Positions 17,287-26,066 of a DNA stretch of 35,621 nucleotides are shown here, in pieces. The notes beneath the pieces were generated by a model. That model had not been told where the DNA came from, searched no databases, and saw only the letters and a list, made by a program, of their open reading frames with translations. Position 1 is the first letter of the stretch; every line of letters begins with the position of its first letter. The translations under genes and the position numbers were made by a program. Where the stretch lies: positions 1 to 35,621 of the forward strand of contig JASMDC010000036.1 in the NCBI GenBank assembly GCA_030753015.1, written 5' to 3'. This DNA comes from Candidatus Undinarchaeales archaeon (GTDB lineage Archaea; SpSt-1190; JASMDC01).

Positions 17287-18798
17287 TCACTCCCAGTGAC
17301 GACGCTGTCGCCGGAACAGAGGTTCGTCCTGGACGTACCCCTTGCCGGCAGCGATGGCGATCTCTGCTCTTGCGAGCTCGGCACCAAGGTACGCGACGTG
17401 GTCAAGAGCCCGCACGAGGCCCCGTGCAAGCACTTCCGACCAAACCTGTCGTGCCGATACCCCATCCACAAGGCATACATCCACGCCATCACGCTGGACC
17501 AAGCACTGGATGCGGTCATCGGTCGTGACCGAGATGGAGAGCGCCACTCCCCCCTCAAGATCCGGAGACCGGTCGGATTGTGGTTCCGGTGTAAGGTCCG
17601 AACCGACAGGATCACGTACACGTACCTTGTCCTTGAACCCGAGGAGCGAGATCCCCAGGTCCTTCGGGTAGGTCCCTAGGCTGCCAGCGACGACCATCAT
17701 GTCCCGGGCCGCCCTGCACTCACGAACCGTGCCCCGCGTCTTGTGCGAGGCCTCGACCGTGAGGATGACGGCGACGTCGAGCTCGTGAGCTATGGCGCAG
17801 AGCATGGCGTTCGCGCCAGGGGAGTCCGCGTCCATCAGTTCGACCGCGTTCCCCACGCCCATGAGCACAGGGAGGTCCGATGTCCCCGAGATATGGGCGT
17901 AGGCTGCGAGCGAGCGCGCAAGACCAAAACCTGGCGGATCGAGCACGGGATCGAGCACGATGCGCGTGAAACCGCGAGCCCTGGCCCGGTCGGCCATGGA
18001 CAGTACTCCTTGGACCTTGTCCCCGGGGCCTGGAACGACGACACACACAGCATCGGTGGGCCTGACCTTATCAAGATTATCAGGATGGAGCGATAGCACC
18101 AAATGGACACCTGCGTCCACAGCGGCATTGATGATGTCGGGATTGAGCGTGTCCACGCTCACGGGGGCCCCCAGGGGGAGCACCGCCTCCACGATCTCGG
18201 CAGCCCGAATCGCGGTCGCGTCCACCGTGAATCCCAGGTCGATTATCTCGGCCCCCTCGTCCAGGAAGCGCTGCGCCTTTGCGACCACCTCGTCGGTCGG
18301 GCGAGCATCGCAGTCGTCGATCTCTGCGAGCACCCGTACCGGGAGCCCTCGCCCTATCCGCAGTCCTCGGACCTCGTGACTTGGCCCCTTGATATCGACC
18401 GCCTCGGCGTCCTTAAGGAGCCTCCCGGCACGTTCCGCTCTCGAGCGGGACAGGAGCGCATCTGCCGGTTCGTCGGGTGACAGGGGAAGATCGTCGAGTT
18501 CCGCGAGCGTCGAGGGAAGGTCGAACGCGTATCTCGGACCCTTGACCACACGCACGCCTGCACTACTGGCCAGGGCAGCAACGTCCCCCCGTATCAATCC
18601 AGGGAGGATTACAATGTCCCATTCTCCGCCATCGAGGAGCGGTGCGACCTCGTCCGGTATCAGGAGCGCTGCCACGTCCCTCGGAGCGATCCGCACTTCG
18701 ACATCCGGCCCATCCCCGGGCATACCTGCGACCGCGGCACGGACAGCAGCCTCAGCACGCCGGGCGGTCACGAGGAGCACTCGCTTCCTTCGAGCCAC
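17287..18798 (-). CDS. Dihydropteroate synthase-like protein (MJ0107-type: DUF6513, pterin-binding barrel, DUF4346)
   Basis: It has VLLVT, VAAL, VKGPR, VLAEI, GAEIIDLG, PVSVDT, LDPVL, LMGVGNAVELMDADSPGANA, PKDLG, LDHVAYLGAELARAE and YVQDEPLF. Confidence 0.9.
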   Translation of the reverse strand: MARRKRVLLVTARRAEAAVRAAVAGMPGDGPDVEVRIAPRDVAALLIPDEVAPLLDGGEWDIVILPGLIRGDVAALASSAGVRVVKGPRYAFDLPSTLAELDDLPLSPDEPADALLSRSRAERAGRLLKDAEAVDIKGPSHEVRGLRIGRGLPVRVLAEIDDCDARPTDEVVAKAQRFLDEGAEIIDLGFTVDATAIRAAEIVEAVLPLGAPVSVDTLNPDIINAAVDAGVHLVLSLHPDNLDKVRPTDAVCVVVPGPGDKVQGVLSMADRARARGFTRIVLDPVLDPPGFGLARSLAAYAHISGTSDLPVLMGVGNAVELMDADSPGANAMLCAIAHELDVAVILTVEASHKTRGTVRECRAARDMMVVAGSLGTYPKDLGISLLGFKDKVRVRDPVGSDLTPEPQSDRSPDLEGGVALSISVTTDDRIQCLVQRDGVDVCLVDGVSARQVWSEVLARGLVRALDHVAYLGAELARAEIAIAAGKGYVQDEPLFRRQRRHWE

Positions 18799-19404
18799 TT
18801 ACGTCACATCCCCCGCGAGCGCCCTGATGCGGCTGGCAAGGTCCTCACCATCTGGACGCGTCCGCTGCACGATGTCGAGTGCGATCTCGACACGCTCAAG
18901 CCATTCTCGGCGTTGCTCAGGTGTCGATACGCGGGCCCTCGTGGCATGGACCAGCGCCTCCATGAGCTGGCCATCACCTCGGGACAGGGGGCGTGGCGAT
19001 ATCACAGAGATGACGGCACGGTCCGGTCTGAGGGTGACGGATATGACGTTGGTCTCGCCGATACCGTCGCTCACCATCTTCGCCTCCTGTCGCGCCACCT
19101 TCACGGTGATCGAGGCGAAGCACCCCGCGATCCGCGGAACAGGACCATCCCCCTCTTCGCTAAGCGACCCTTCGAGCGCCGCAAGGAGCACCAGGGGATC
19201 ATGAGTGAGGTGTACGGCCCCATTCCCCTCCTCGAGCAGCGCATCGCGCATCCGTCCGGGGAAAAGACGAACGTGCACGGAGCTGCCTCGCCGGACGCAA
19301 CCAACGGGAACGGCGTGTCCCCTGCAGGATATCAGGCACTCGTGGACAACGCCCTCATCTAAATGGGAGAGGGCACGGTCCAGTTCGATATCAGTATCAT
19401 CCGT
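18799..19404 (-). CDS. DUF447 family protein (start uncertain; ACG 19404 or ATG 19464)
   Basis: It has HECLISC..HAVPVG..., VHLTHDPLVL and LSRGDGQLMEALVHATR. It abuts the DHPS-like gene, which is the usual context for this family. Confidence 0.75.
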   Translation of the reverse strand, partial: TDDTDIELDRALSHLDEGVVHECLISCRGHAVPVGCVRRGSSVHVRLFPGRMRDALLEEGNGAVHLTHDPLVLLAALEGSLSEEGDGPVPRIAGCFASITVKVARQEAKMVSDGIGETNVISVTLRPDRAVISVISPRPLSRGDGQLMEALVHATRARVSTPEQRREWLERVEIALDIVQRTRPDGEDLASRIRALAGDVT

Positions 19405-19651
19405 TATAGTCCACCCCCACCCGCACGAGGGAGTTGCAGTAAGCACAGGTACACACACCATCATCGGTGAGGTCGTCCTGTTCGAGCGGAGCGCCGCACT
19501 GCGGGCAATGCACGGTCTTCACCTGCATGTGCCGATCGCCGATGATGGCCGGCTTGCCGGAGGGTTTGTTGGCGATACGCGGGACCACTAACCTCTTCTT
19601 GGACAGTTTGCGTATCCGTTTGAGCATCGCCTCCCCGTCGTCCGTTTTCAC
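19397..19651 (-). CDS. Small zinc-ribbon protein
   Basis: A GTG start follows a GGAGG SD. It has CPQCGAPL...CAYCNS. Confidence 0.72.
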   Translation of the reverse strand: MKTDDGEAMLKRIRKLSKKRLVVPRIANKPSGKPAIIGDRHMQVKTVHCPQCGAPLEQDDLTDDGVCTCAYCNSLVRVGVDYNG

Positions 19652-19685
19652 CCGTTCAGCCTCCCGTTCACGGGGGGTGCGGAAC

Positions 19686-19695
19686 AGTTATAACT
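19686..19695. promoter_or_regulatory. Palindromic bidirectional TATA element AGTTATAACT
   Basis: It is a perfect 10-bp palindrome in the 67-bp gap between divergent starts at 19651 and 19719. Confidence 0.55.
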
Positions 19696-19718
19696 CTTAC
19701 CAGCCCGCTCCCCCTCCT

Positions 19719-20711
19719 GTGGAGGAGGAGCCACTCCAATCTGTTGAGGTATCATCGCCATCACGGCTGCACCTCTCCCTCCTGGACCTCAATGGCGACT
19801 TGGGAAGGATCGACGGCGGTCTCGGAGTGGCGCTCCGAGAACCACGCTTGCACCTTATAGCGGAGCACGCGCCCGGTCTTTCGGTGACCGGTCCCGGGAA
19901 GGACCTGGTTCGTTCCTATGCCAAACGGTTCTGTGCTCAGCATGGGATCGACGGGGCTAAGCTCACCATCAAGGCCTCCATCCCCCGCCATGTCGGATTC
20001 GGTTCAGGTACTCAGTCCGCACTGGTCGCGGGGAGTGCCATTGCTCGCCTCAACGGGCTTGAACGGACACCACAGCAGGTGGCGTGTGACCTCGGACGGG
20101 GTGGTACGTCCGGCATCGGTGTGGCCACGTTCGACAGAGGGGGGTTCATCGTTGATGGTGGTCACTCTTTCGGTCCGGGACAGGAGAAGGAGAGGTTCCT
20201 CCCATCCAGCGCCTCTCGTGCAGATCCACCCCCCGTCCTCATGCGCATCGCCTTTCCATCAAGTTGGCGCTTCGTCGTTGTGGTCCCGCACACGGCGCCC
20301 GGCATCCACGGCGATGCCGAGCGGGCCGCGTTCGCTGAACGATGTCCCGTCCCACGCGACGCTGTCGAGTCCCTCTGCCGGCTTGTTCTCATGAAGCTCT
20401 TGCCCGCGGTGGTCGAGCGAGACATCTCGGGGTTCGGCGAAGCGGTCACGGCCCTCAGACTCGAGGGATTCGGCCGCGTGGGAGCGGACCTTTCTCCTCC
20501 TCGTTCGATAGAACTGGTCGAGCATCTCTTGCACGAAGGTGCTGCCGGCGCAGGGATCTCCTCTTTCGGTCCGGTGGTGTACGGGATAGTCGAGGGGGCA
20601 CGAGGAGCACGCCAGCTCCAAGACTCAGTGATGCCCCACCTCAGAGAAGGGGGCAAGGTGTTCATCACCCAGGCGGACAACCGGGGCGCCCGCATCCGTC
20701 CGATCTACTAA
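19719..20711 (+). CDS. mptG: Beta-ribofuranosylaminobenzene 5'-phosphate synthase (GHMP family)
   Basis: It has PSRLHLSLLDLNGDLGRIDGGLG, HVGFGSGTQ, GRGGTSGIG, GGFIVDGGH, FLPSSAS, GISSFGP and DNRGA. The start was moved to GTG 19719, 25 nt after TATA. Confidence 0.92.
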   Translation: MEEEPLQSVEVSSPSRLHLSLLDLNGDLGRIDGGLGVALREPRLHLIAEHAPGLSVTGPGKDLVRSYAKRFCAQHGIDGAKLTIKASIPRHVGFGSGTQSALVAGSAIARLNGLERTPQQVACDLGRGGTSGIGVATFDRGGFIVDGGHSFGPGQEKERFLPSSASRADPPPVLMRIAFPSSWRFVVVVPHTAPGIHGDAERAAFAERCPVPRDAVESLCRLVLMKLLPAVVERDISGFGEAVTALRLEGFGRVGADLSPPRSIELVEHLLHEGAAGAGISSFGPVVYGIVEGARGARQLQDSVMPHLREGGKVFITQADNRGARIRPIY

Positions 20712-20721
20712 GATACCGGGA

Positions 20722-20991
20722 TTACCGCGTGCCTACGATCTCCTTGAGAAGCTTCTCGGCCTCTTTAACACGTCCTGAGAGCTCGATACGTTCCTCGGTG
20801 AGCCTCTCGATGACGCTACGGTTCTCCTCCTTCTGGAGCGAAAGCCGCTCTATCTCCTGGACGGTGTCCTCCCGCTCCTTTTGGAGCGTACCTAGTTCCT
20901 CATCGATCCGGTTGACGATCTCGTCCTTCCGCTCGATGGGAAGCCGGGTCTCCTGGAACTCGGAGAGGACCTTTACCTTGAACTTCTCCAT
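20722..20991 (-). CDS. Small coiled-coil protein (paralogue 3)
   Basis: It has a continuous heptad pattern and aligns with the two upstream paralogues (EL.GR....EK.L..). Confidence 0.8.
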   Translation of the reverse strand: MEKFKVKVLSEFQETRLPIERKDEIVNRIDEELGTLQKEREDTVQEIERLSLQKEENRSVIERLTEERIELSGRVKEAEKLLKEIVGTR

Positions 20992-20996
20992 CGAGT

Positions 20997-21215
20997 CTAC
21001 TTGATCTTCAGGACGTCGCCGAGCATCTTCTCGATGTCGATGAGTCGGCCCTGAAGCTCGCCAACGGTCTGTTCGAGCTCGTGGATATTACCCACGTGTC
21101 TCTCGTTCTGTTTTGAAAGGTCCTTGATCTTGGAGATGAGATCCTTCTTCTGTTCACGAAGGCCAGTCACCTCGTCCCGGACCCTCTCGATGAGGTCCCT
21201 CTGCTCTTTTTGCAT
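20997..21215 (-). CDS. Small coiled-coil protein (paralogue 2)
   Basis: The ATG follows a GGTGA SD. It has DLIERVRDEVTGLR...TVGELQGRL.DIEKML.DVLKI. Confidence 0.85.
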   Translation of the reverse strand: MQKEQRDLIERVRDEVTGLREQKKDLISKIKDLSKQNERHVGNIHELEQTVGELQGRLIDIEKMLGDVLKIK

Positions 21216-21290
21216 AACAATCACCTGGGTGTGCCGATGTCACTGAGTTTTAAAAATTTATTCTCAGCTGTCGCTCTTTTCCTGTATCGC

Positions 21291-21506
21291 TCAGATCTTC
21301 AGGACTTCGTCGAGCATCTTCTCGACGTCCGCCATGCGACCCTGAAGTTCGCCAACGGTATTCTCAAGCTCGTTGATCTGCTTGAGATGTCTCGTGTTCT
21401 GGCTACCAAGATCCTTGATCTTACCAAGGAGCTGTAGCTTCTGGCCGCGGAGGCTGGTAACCTCGTCCCTGACCCGCTCGATTAGGTCCTTCTGTGCTTT
21501 TTCCAT
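21291..21506 (-). CDS. Small coiled-coil protein (paralogue 1)
   Basis: The ATG follows GAGGGT. It has DLIERVRDEVTSLR...TVGELQGRM.DVEKML.EVLKI. Confidence 0.85.
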   Translation of the reverse strand: MEKAQKDLIERVRDEVTSLRGQKLQLLGKIKDLGSQNTRHLKQINELENTVGELQGRMADVEKMLDEVLKI

Positions 21507-21549
21507 AGTAGTACCCTCTTTTATCACGTATCATGTTGGACTGTTGTTC

Positions 21550-21828
21550 TTACTGAAGGCCCTCTAGGCTGTACTCCTTCTCCCATGGGATCCATCCTGT
21601 GGTCTTGATGGGAGGAAGGTCCTTGTTGTGGCTGATCATTGCCGTCTCAAGGAGGGCCTCGAACATGTATGGGATGGGGATGCGCCTGCCGTTGGAGTCA
21701 TAGGCCTTGAAGTTGAGCCTCTGCTTCGTTTTATCGGCCAGCATGGGCAGCAATATCACCGATCCGCTCTTTTCCATAGGCTTCGGCGCCTTCATGGGCG
21801 GGAACATCATCGTCAACTCGGGTCTGGT
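21550..21828 (-). CDS. Hypothetical protein, probably a 3' gene fragment
   Basis: Codon usage is genome-like only from about 21828 downward. Possible starts (TTG 21816, ATG 21810) lack SD and TATA. Confidence 0.5.
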   Translation of the reverse strand, partial: TRPELTMMFPPMKAPKPMEKSGSVILLPMLADKTKQRLNFKAYDSNGRRIPIPYMFEALLETAMISHNKDLPPIKTTGWIPWEKEYSLEGLQ

Positions 21829-22866
21829 GCGCAGCCGAAAGTAGCCCCAAAACCGGCAGCAGCCCCTGATGCGCATCCCAAAGTAGCACCCGCCGTAGCA
21901 AAACCGGCACCGAAGCCCGCACCCAAGCCAGGGGGCGTTGACGACATCCTCGGGAACCTCGGAGGGCCTGCGCCGCCAAAAGCAGCCCCGAAGCCCGCGC
22001 CGACCCCAGGGGGTATCGACGACCTTCTAGCGGACATAGGTGGGCCTGCTCAGCCGAAGGCCTCCCCGAAACCGGCAGCAGCCGTAAAACCAGCGCCGAA
22101 GCCTGCACCGGCTCCCGGAGGTGTCGATGACCTCCTAGCGGACATAGGTGGGCCTGCTCAACCGAAGGCCGCTCCGAAGCCTGCACCGGCCCCCAGAGGT
22201 GTCGATGACCTCCTTGCGGACATAGGCGGGCCCGCTCAGCCGAAAGCAGCCCCAAAACCGGCAGCAGCTGCGGCACCGCCACCCAAGGCGGCTCCCGCGA
22301 AGCCAGGCAATCTGACGTCGGCCGTGGGAGATATACTCGGGACGACGACCCAGAGACCGCCCACCGAGCCCAAGGCTGCACCTAAGCCTGCAGGTGTCGA
22401 TGATCTCCTCGGCGAGGCAGTGACGCCAGCGGTGGCTGCAGCTCCACCGAAAGCGGCTCCCGCAAAGCCCGGCAGCCTGTCATCGGCCGTGGGAGATATA
22501 CTCGGGACGACGACCCAGAGACCGCCCACCGAACCAACAGCCGCTCCCAAGCCCACAGGTGTCGACGACCTTCTCGGCGAGCCAGCGAAACCAGCGGCGG
22601 CTACAGCTCCACCGGAAGCGGCTCCCGCAAAGCCCGGGGGTCTCGTGTCCGCTGTGAAGAACATGCTTGGCGGAGGCTCTAAAGAACCACCAGCCGAGCC
22701 CGCAGCCGCTCCAAAACCTGCAGGCGTCGATGATATCCTTGGAACCGATACCCCGAAACCCGATCCGAACGCACCAAAACCGGCAGGTATCGATGACGTC
22801 CTCGGCGGCGACGAGGCCGGCGACCTCGATGGCCTCGACGATCTCCTTGACGACCTTGACGTCTAG
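21829..22866 (+). CDS. Pro/Ala/Lys-rich disordered protein with repeated (V/I)DDLL motifs, lacking an evident start
   Basis: About 12 GVDDLLADIGG / AVGDILG motifs are separated by PKAAPKPA linkers with synonymous variation between copies, ending LDDLLDDLDV. The ORF-track N-terminus (21628-21828) is the in-register antisense of the minus-strand gene. Confidence 0.7.
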   Translation, partial: AQPKVAPKPAAAPDAHPKVAPAVAKPAPKPAPKPGGVDDILGNLGGPAPPKAAPKPAPTPGGIDDLLADIGGPAQPKASPKPAAAVKPAPKPAPAPGGVDDLLADIGGPAQPKAAPKPAPAPRGVDDLLADIGGPAQPKAAPKPAAAAAPPPKAAPAKPGNLTSAVGDILGTTTQRPPTEPKAAPKPAGVDDLLGEAVTPAVAAAPPKAAPAKPGSLSSAVGDILGTTTQRPPTEPTAAPKPTGVDDLLGEPAKPAAATAPPEAAPAKPGGLVSAVKNMLGGGSKEPPAEPAAAPKPAGVDDILGTDTPKPDPNAPKPAGIDDVLGGDEAGDLDGLDDLLDDLDV

Positions 22867-22943
22867 CGGTTAGCGAGGCATTATATTACATATATACGGT
22901 CCTTTCAGCACATATATAAGGTTAAGCGAGAAGTACCTTGACT

Positions 22944-23825
22944 ATGAGTGGGAGGGCCGAGCGCGGGTTCATCTTCACCCTAGACGCCCTCATATCCCTC
23001 ACCATCGTAGCTCTCCTCATATCCGCTCTGGACTACGGCAATAGACCTATCCCCGACTACACGGAGCTGGAGACCTCCCGCCTGGCCAACAACCTCATGG
23101 AGGCGTGCGCAGGGCACCTTCCTGATGAGTCCTGTTCTCTCACGCTCCATGAGAGCTGTCCTTTCGAACACTGGCTCGAGAACGTGAATTCGAACATGGC
23201 GGCACGTTTAACGTACGAGACCCCCTATTTCGGTGTGTACGAGGCGGGGCTCGAACTGTTGGTACAGGACTACATCGACAATGGCTTCCCTGAGGGGGAC
23301 CTCCCCCCCATGATCACTCGCGCCGGGGAGCTGCGCGAAGAGCTACAGCGCGTGGGGAACTCGTCGCTGGTGCTCCAGCTCGAACGTCCGCTCGACTGGT
23401 CGGCCTTTACCAGGAGTGCGAAGGGGTTCAATCTCACCAACAGCGTCCTCATGGACACCATCCTCGCCCAGCACCTGACGAGCCATCACATCCAGGGCTT
23501 CAAGGACCGGGCCGATGAGATCGAGACGGAGAACGACCTCAGGTGGCTCCCGCCCCTCGAGGGTACGACGGACCAGGAGATCACCGTGCGGTTCCCCGAC
23601 GCTGATCCCTACCAGACCTCTATGCAGGGCTGCGTCAGACGTGTGGTGTCCGTGTGCGCGCTCAACTACCGGTACATCACCGCCCTGGCCGCCAACGACG
23701 GTAATCTGACCCTGGCCGAGGAGGCCGTTGCTGATGATCCGTACTGTAGGTCGATGGTGTGCCCGTACCCGGTCGTTGTCCGGCTGTGCATCTGGAACCG
23801 GTTCCTCGTGACAGGGGGTAGCTGA
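22944..23825 (+). CDS. Class III signal peptide (type IV pilin-like) protein
   Basis: It begins MSGRAERG/FIFTLDALISLTIVALL: a basic leader, G, an acidic residue early in the mature part, then a hydrophobic helix. TATATAAG lies at 22913-22920. Confidence 0.75.
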   Translation: MSGRAERGFIFTLDALISLTIVALLISALDYGNRPIPDYTELETSRLANNLMEACAGHLPDESCSLTLHESCPFEHWLENVNSNMAARLTYETPYFGVYEAGLELLVQDYIDNGFPEGDLPPMITRAGELREELQRVGNSSLVLQLERPLDWSAFTRSAKGFNLTNSVLMDTILAQHLTSHHIQGFKDRADEIETENDLRWLPPLEGTTDQEITVRFPDADPYQTSMQGCVRRVVSVCALNYRYITALAANDGNLTLAEEAVADDPYCRSMVCPYPVVVRLCIWNRFLVTGGS

Positions 23826-23828
23826 GCC

Positions 23829-26066
23829 ATGAACAGGCGTCGACGTGGATTCCTTTCGGTGGTCGCCTTCCTCATGATGGTGTACACCCTCCTCGATATC
23901 CTCAACCTCTACTATGACACCCTCCGTGTGAGCCAGCAGCAGCTGGACATCGGGATGGCGCTCGACCAGATGGTCTACATCGAGTCCAATATCGCCAACA
24001 GTTACTGGGGCGTCGTGGACCAGAGCTTCGGGCTCGCGTACGGCGCCGACATGCGTGAGGGCACCAGACGGTACCCGGTAGCGGACACGCTCTTCACGAG
24101 AGAACGGTTCTTCCTACCATGCGAGATCGATGTGGACGGTCTCCTCCAGAACGCTACACGGCGGAACCTCCTGAAATGGGCCCGGGCGACGGCCGTGCTC
24201 CTGCGGTTCGAAGGTAAGGAGGTGAACATCACCGTGGACGGTGCGGACGGGGACCTGACCGACCTCGCCGACGCATTAACCTTGGAGATGGACAGGTCGG
24301 ACTGTGGAATGAACGGCTGCTGCGACATCACGTTCCCCTTCACTAACGACACTCGCGAGCCGCCCGTGTCCGACATCGATGCCCGGTACGGTGGCCATGA
24401 CCTGTGCACCGACGAGTGGCCGGGATGCCCTGCGGTGCCAACAGGCCTTCCCAGTGACTTCTGCATGGCGATCAGCCCGTGCGAGGTGTACGAGGACGCC
24501 CAGACACTGGCCCAGTACTACTCCGGGATCGGTCACTCTGCGGGGAGCCTAGCCATGTCCAACCTCTTCGGCTTCACCGCGGCCTGTCCGGACTGCATCG
24601 ACCACGCCACCGGCCAGACGCTCTCGCGGGACATCCGGTTCCCCAAGTGCCCCGAGTCGGCATCACCCGCATGCCGTGCCGTGGAGGGGTTCGCACAGAA
24701 CGTTGGCCGGGGCATGGGGCTGGCGTTCCTCTCGAGCTGCCCTTACGGGAAATGGCACGACATCACTGTGGGCGTGCCCGTGCGCAGCTACTGTTCCCGC
24801 GACTCCAGGGATGTCGACTGGCCCGGCAGTGATGAGGACAAGCGGCTGCTGGGACCATCGGTCTTCGAGGATGGCGTGGTGGACGACGAAAGAGTTGAGT
24901 CCATGGTTTGTTCGGGATATGACATCTTCGACGCCTGCGGTGGCGCCGGACTGCTCGACACACCGCGACAGACCTACGGCGGCCAACACTGCTGCCTGTG
25001 CAACGACACCTCGCCCGAGTTCACGACCACTCGCATCTGCCTTTCCTGCAACAATACGGTAGACCTGACCATGATGGACGAGCTCGATGACCAGCTCCAC
25101 CTCAATGGCACTTCATGGGACAGGGAGAGGGTGTCCTTGTTCGAGGATCCCGAGGTGGACGATACGGGCATCGTCGTGGAACGCACCTGTCGCATGACGA
25201 CCAATACCTGCAACCACTTCACCATCCGCACTTCGCTCCCGGTACGGGTCGACGTCTCCCTGGCCGATGACCTCTACCGCATCTCGTCGTCCTTCAAGAT
25301 GTCCGGCAGGCGGCGGATCGGCCGACGCTGCTCCCTCCGCCGCATCGACTGGGCGGCCATGGAAGCGGCCTGCCGCGTCCTTTCCGCGGTCCAGGAGGTG
25401 GCGCCGCCCACGATGTACCAGGTGTTCGTGGGCCTGGACGGGATCTGGACGGATTACCTCGTGAGCTCGGGCGTGCCCAACGTCGTCCTCGGCTTCAACT
25501 ACACCGATGGTTCGACCGACGTCAATGCCAGCGCTCTCGGTCCACCAGCCCTCATCGGCGCGCTCATCGAGGCGATTCTGTCCAACCGCGACGCCTTCAG
25601 CGTCGATGGCAACGACTACCATTTCATCGATGCCGCGGGATCGGCTCCTGCCGGTGTCCAGGCCCGGTGCCAGCCAGGCAACACATGTCGCTACCGCTCG
25701 CTCGAATCCGGCCTCGGAGGGGGGATCGCTGCCATGGACCCCGGTCTGCTCGCTCGGGAGGACAGTGATGACCTCCGGGCGCTCCTCGTGCGTAACGAGA
25801 CGGACAGCGATGGCGAGCAGTTCTGGGTACGCAACGATCCTGCCATCGGGTACGACGTCCTCCTCGAACCCGATTACGTGGACAACATCCTATCGCTCAC
25901 ATTCGACTCCCCGTCCCTGACCGGGCTCGGCGGAGTGGGGGCACCCGACATCCTCACGCGAGGTAAGGACTGCGAATGGACCGCAGAGAAGGAGGAGTGC
26001 ATGCGCCACATGCTCCGGATCTTCTATGGCCCGTTCTGCAGGTGGGGGGTGGACCCCGTTGGATAG
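23829..26066 (+). CDS. Large Cys-rich protein with a class III-like signal peptide (745 aa)
   Basis: It begins MNRRRRG/FLSVVAFLMMVYTLL followed by a long helix. The body is acidic and Cys-rich with many NxT/S sequons. It starts 3 nt after the previous gene. Confidence 0.78.
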   Translation: MNRRRRGFLSVVAFLMMVYTLLDILNLYYDTLRVSQQQLDIGMALDQMVYIESNIANSYWGVVDQSFGLAYGADMREGTRRYPVADTLFTRERFFLPCEIDVDGLLQNATRRNLLKWARATAVLLRFEGKEVNITVDGADGDLTDLADALTLEMDRSDCGMNGCCDITFPFTNDTREPPVSDIDARYGGHDLCTDEWPGCPAVPTGLPSDFCMAISPCEVYEDAQTLAQYYSGIGHSAGSLAMSNLFGFTAACPDCIDHATGQTLSRDIRFPKCPESASPACRAVEGFAQNVGRGMGLAFLSSCPYGKWHDITVGVPVRSYCSRDSRDVDWPGSDEDKRLLGPSVFEDGVVDDERVESMVCSGYDIFDACGGAGLLDTPRQTYGGQHCCLCNDTSPEFTTTRICLSCNNTVDLTMMDELDDQLHLNGTSWDRERVSLFEDPEVDDTGIVVERTCRMTTNTCNHFTIRTSLPVRVDVSLADDLYRISSSFKMSGRRRIGRRCSLRRIDWAAMEAACRVLSAVQEVAPPTMYQVFVGLDGIWTDYLVSSGVPNVVLGFNYTDGSTDVNASALGPPALIGALIEAILSNRDAFSVDGNDYHFIDAAGSAPAGVQARCQPGNTCRYRSLESGLGGGIAAMDPGLLAREDSDDLRALLVRNETDSDGEQFWVRNDPAIGYDVLLEPDYVDNILSLTFDSPSLTGLGGVGAPDILTRGKDCEWTAEKEECMRHMLRIFYGPFCRWGVDPVG

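Noticed and set aside
16527-17290. Acidic orphan gene with AT-rich flanks as a second insertion cassette
   Set aside because: Only weak similarity (TTGTCGCT vs TTGTCACT) was found at the edges, with no convincing direct or inverted repeats.
21628-21828. ORF-track N-terminus of the Pro/Ala-rich protein
   Set aside because: It is the codon-for-codon antisense shadow of the minus-strand coding region, with no SD or promoter.
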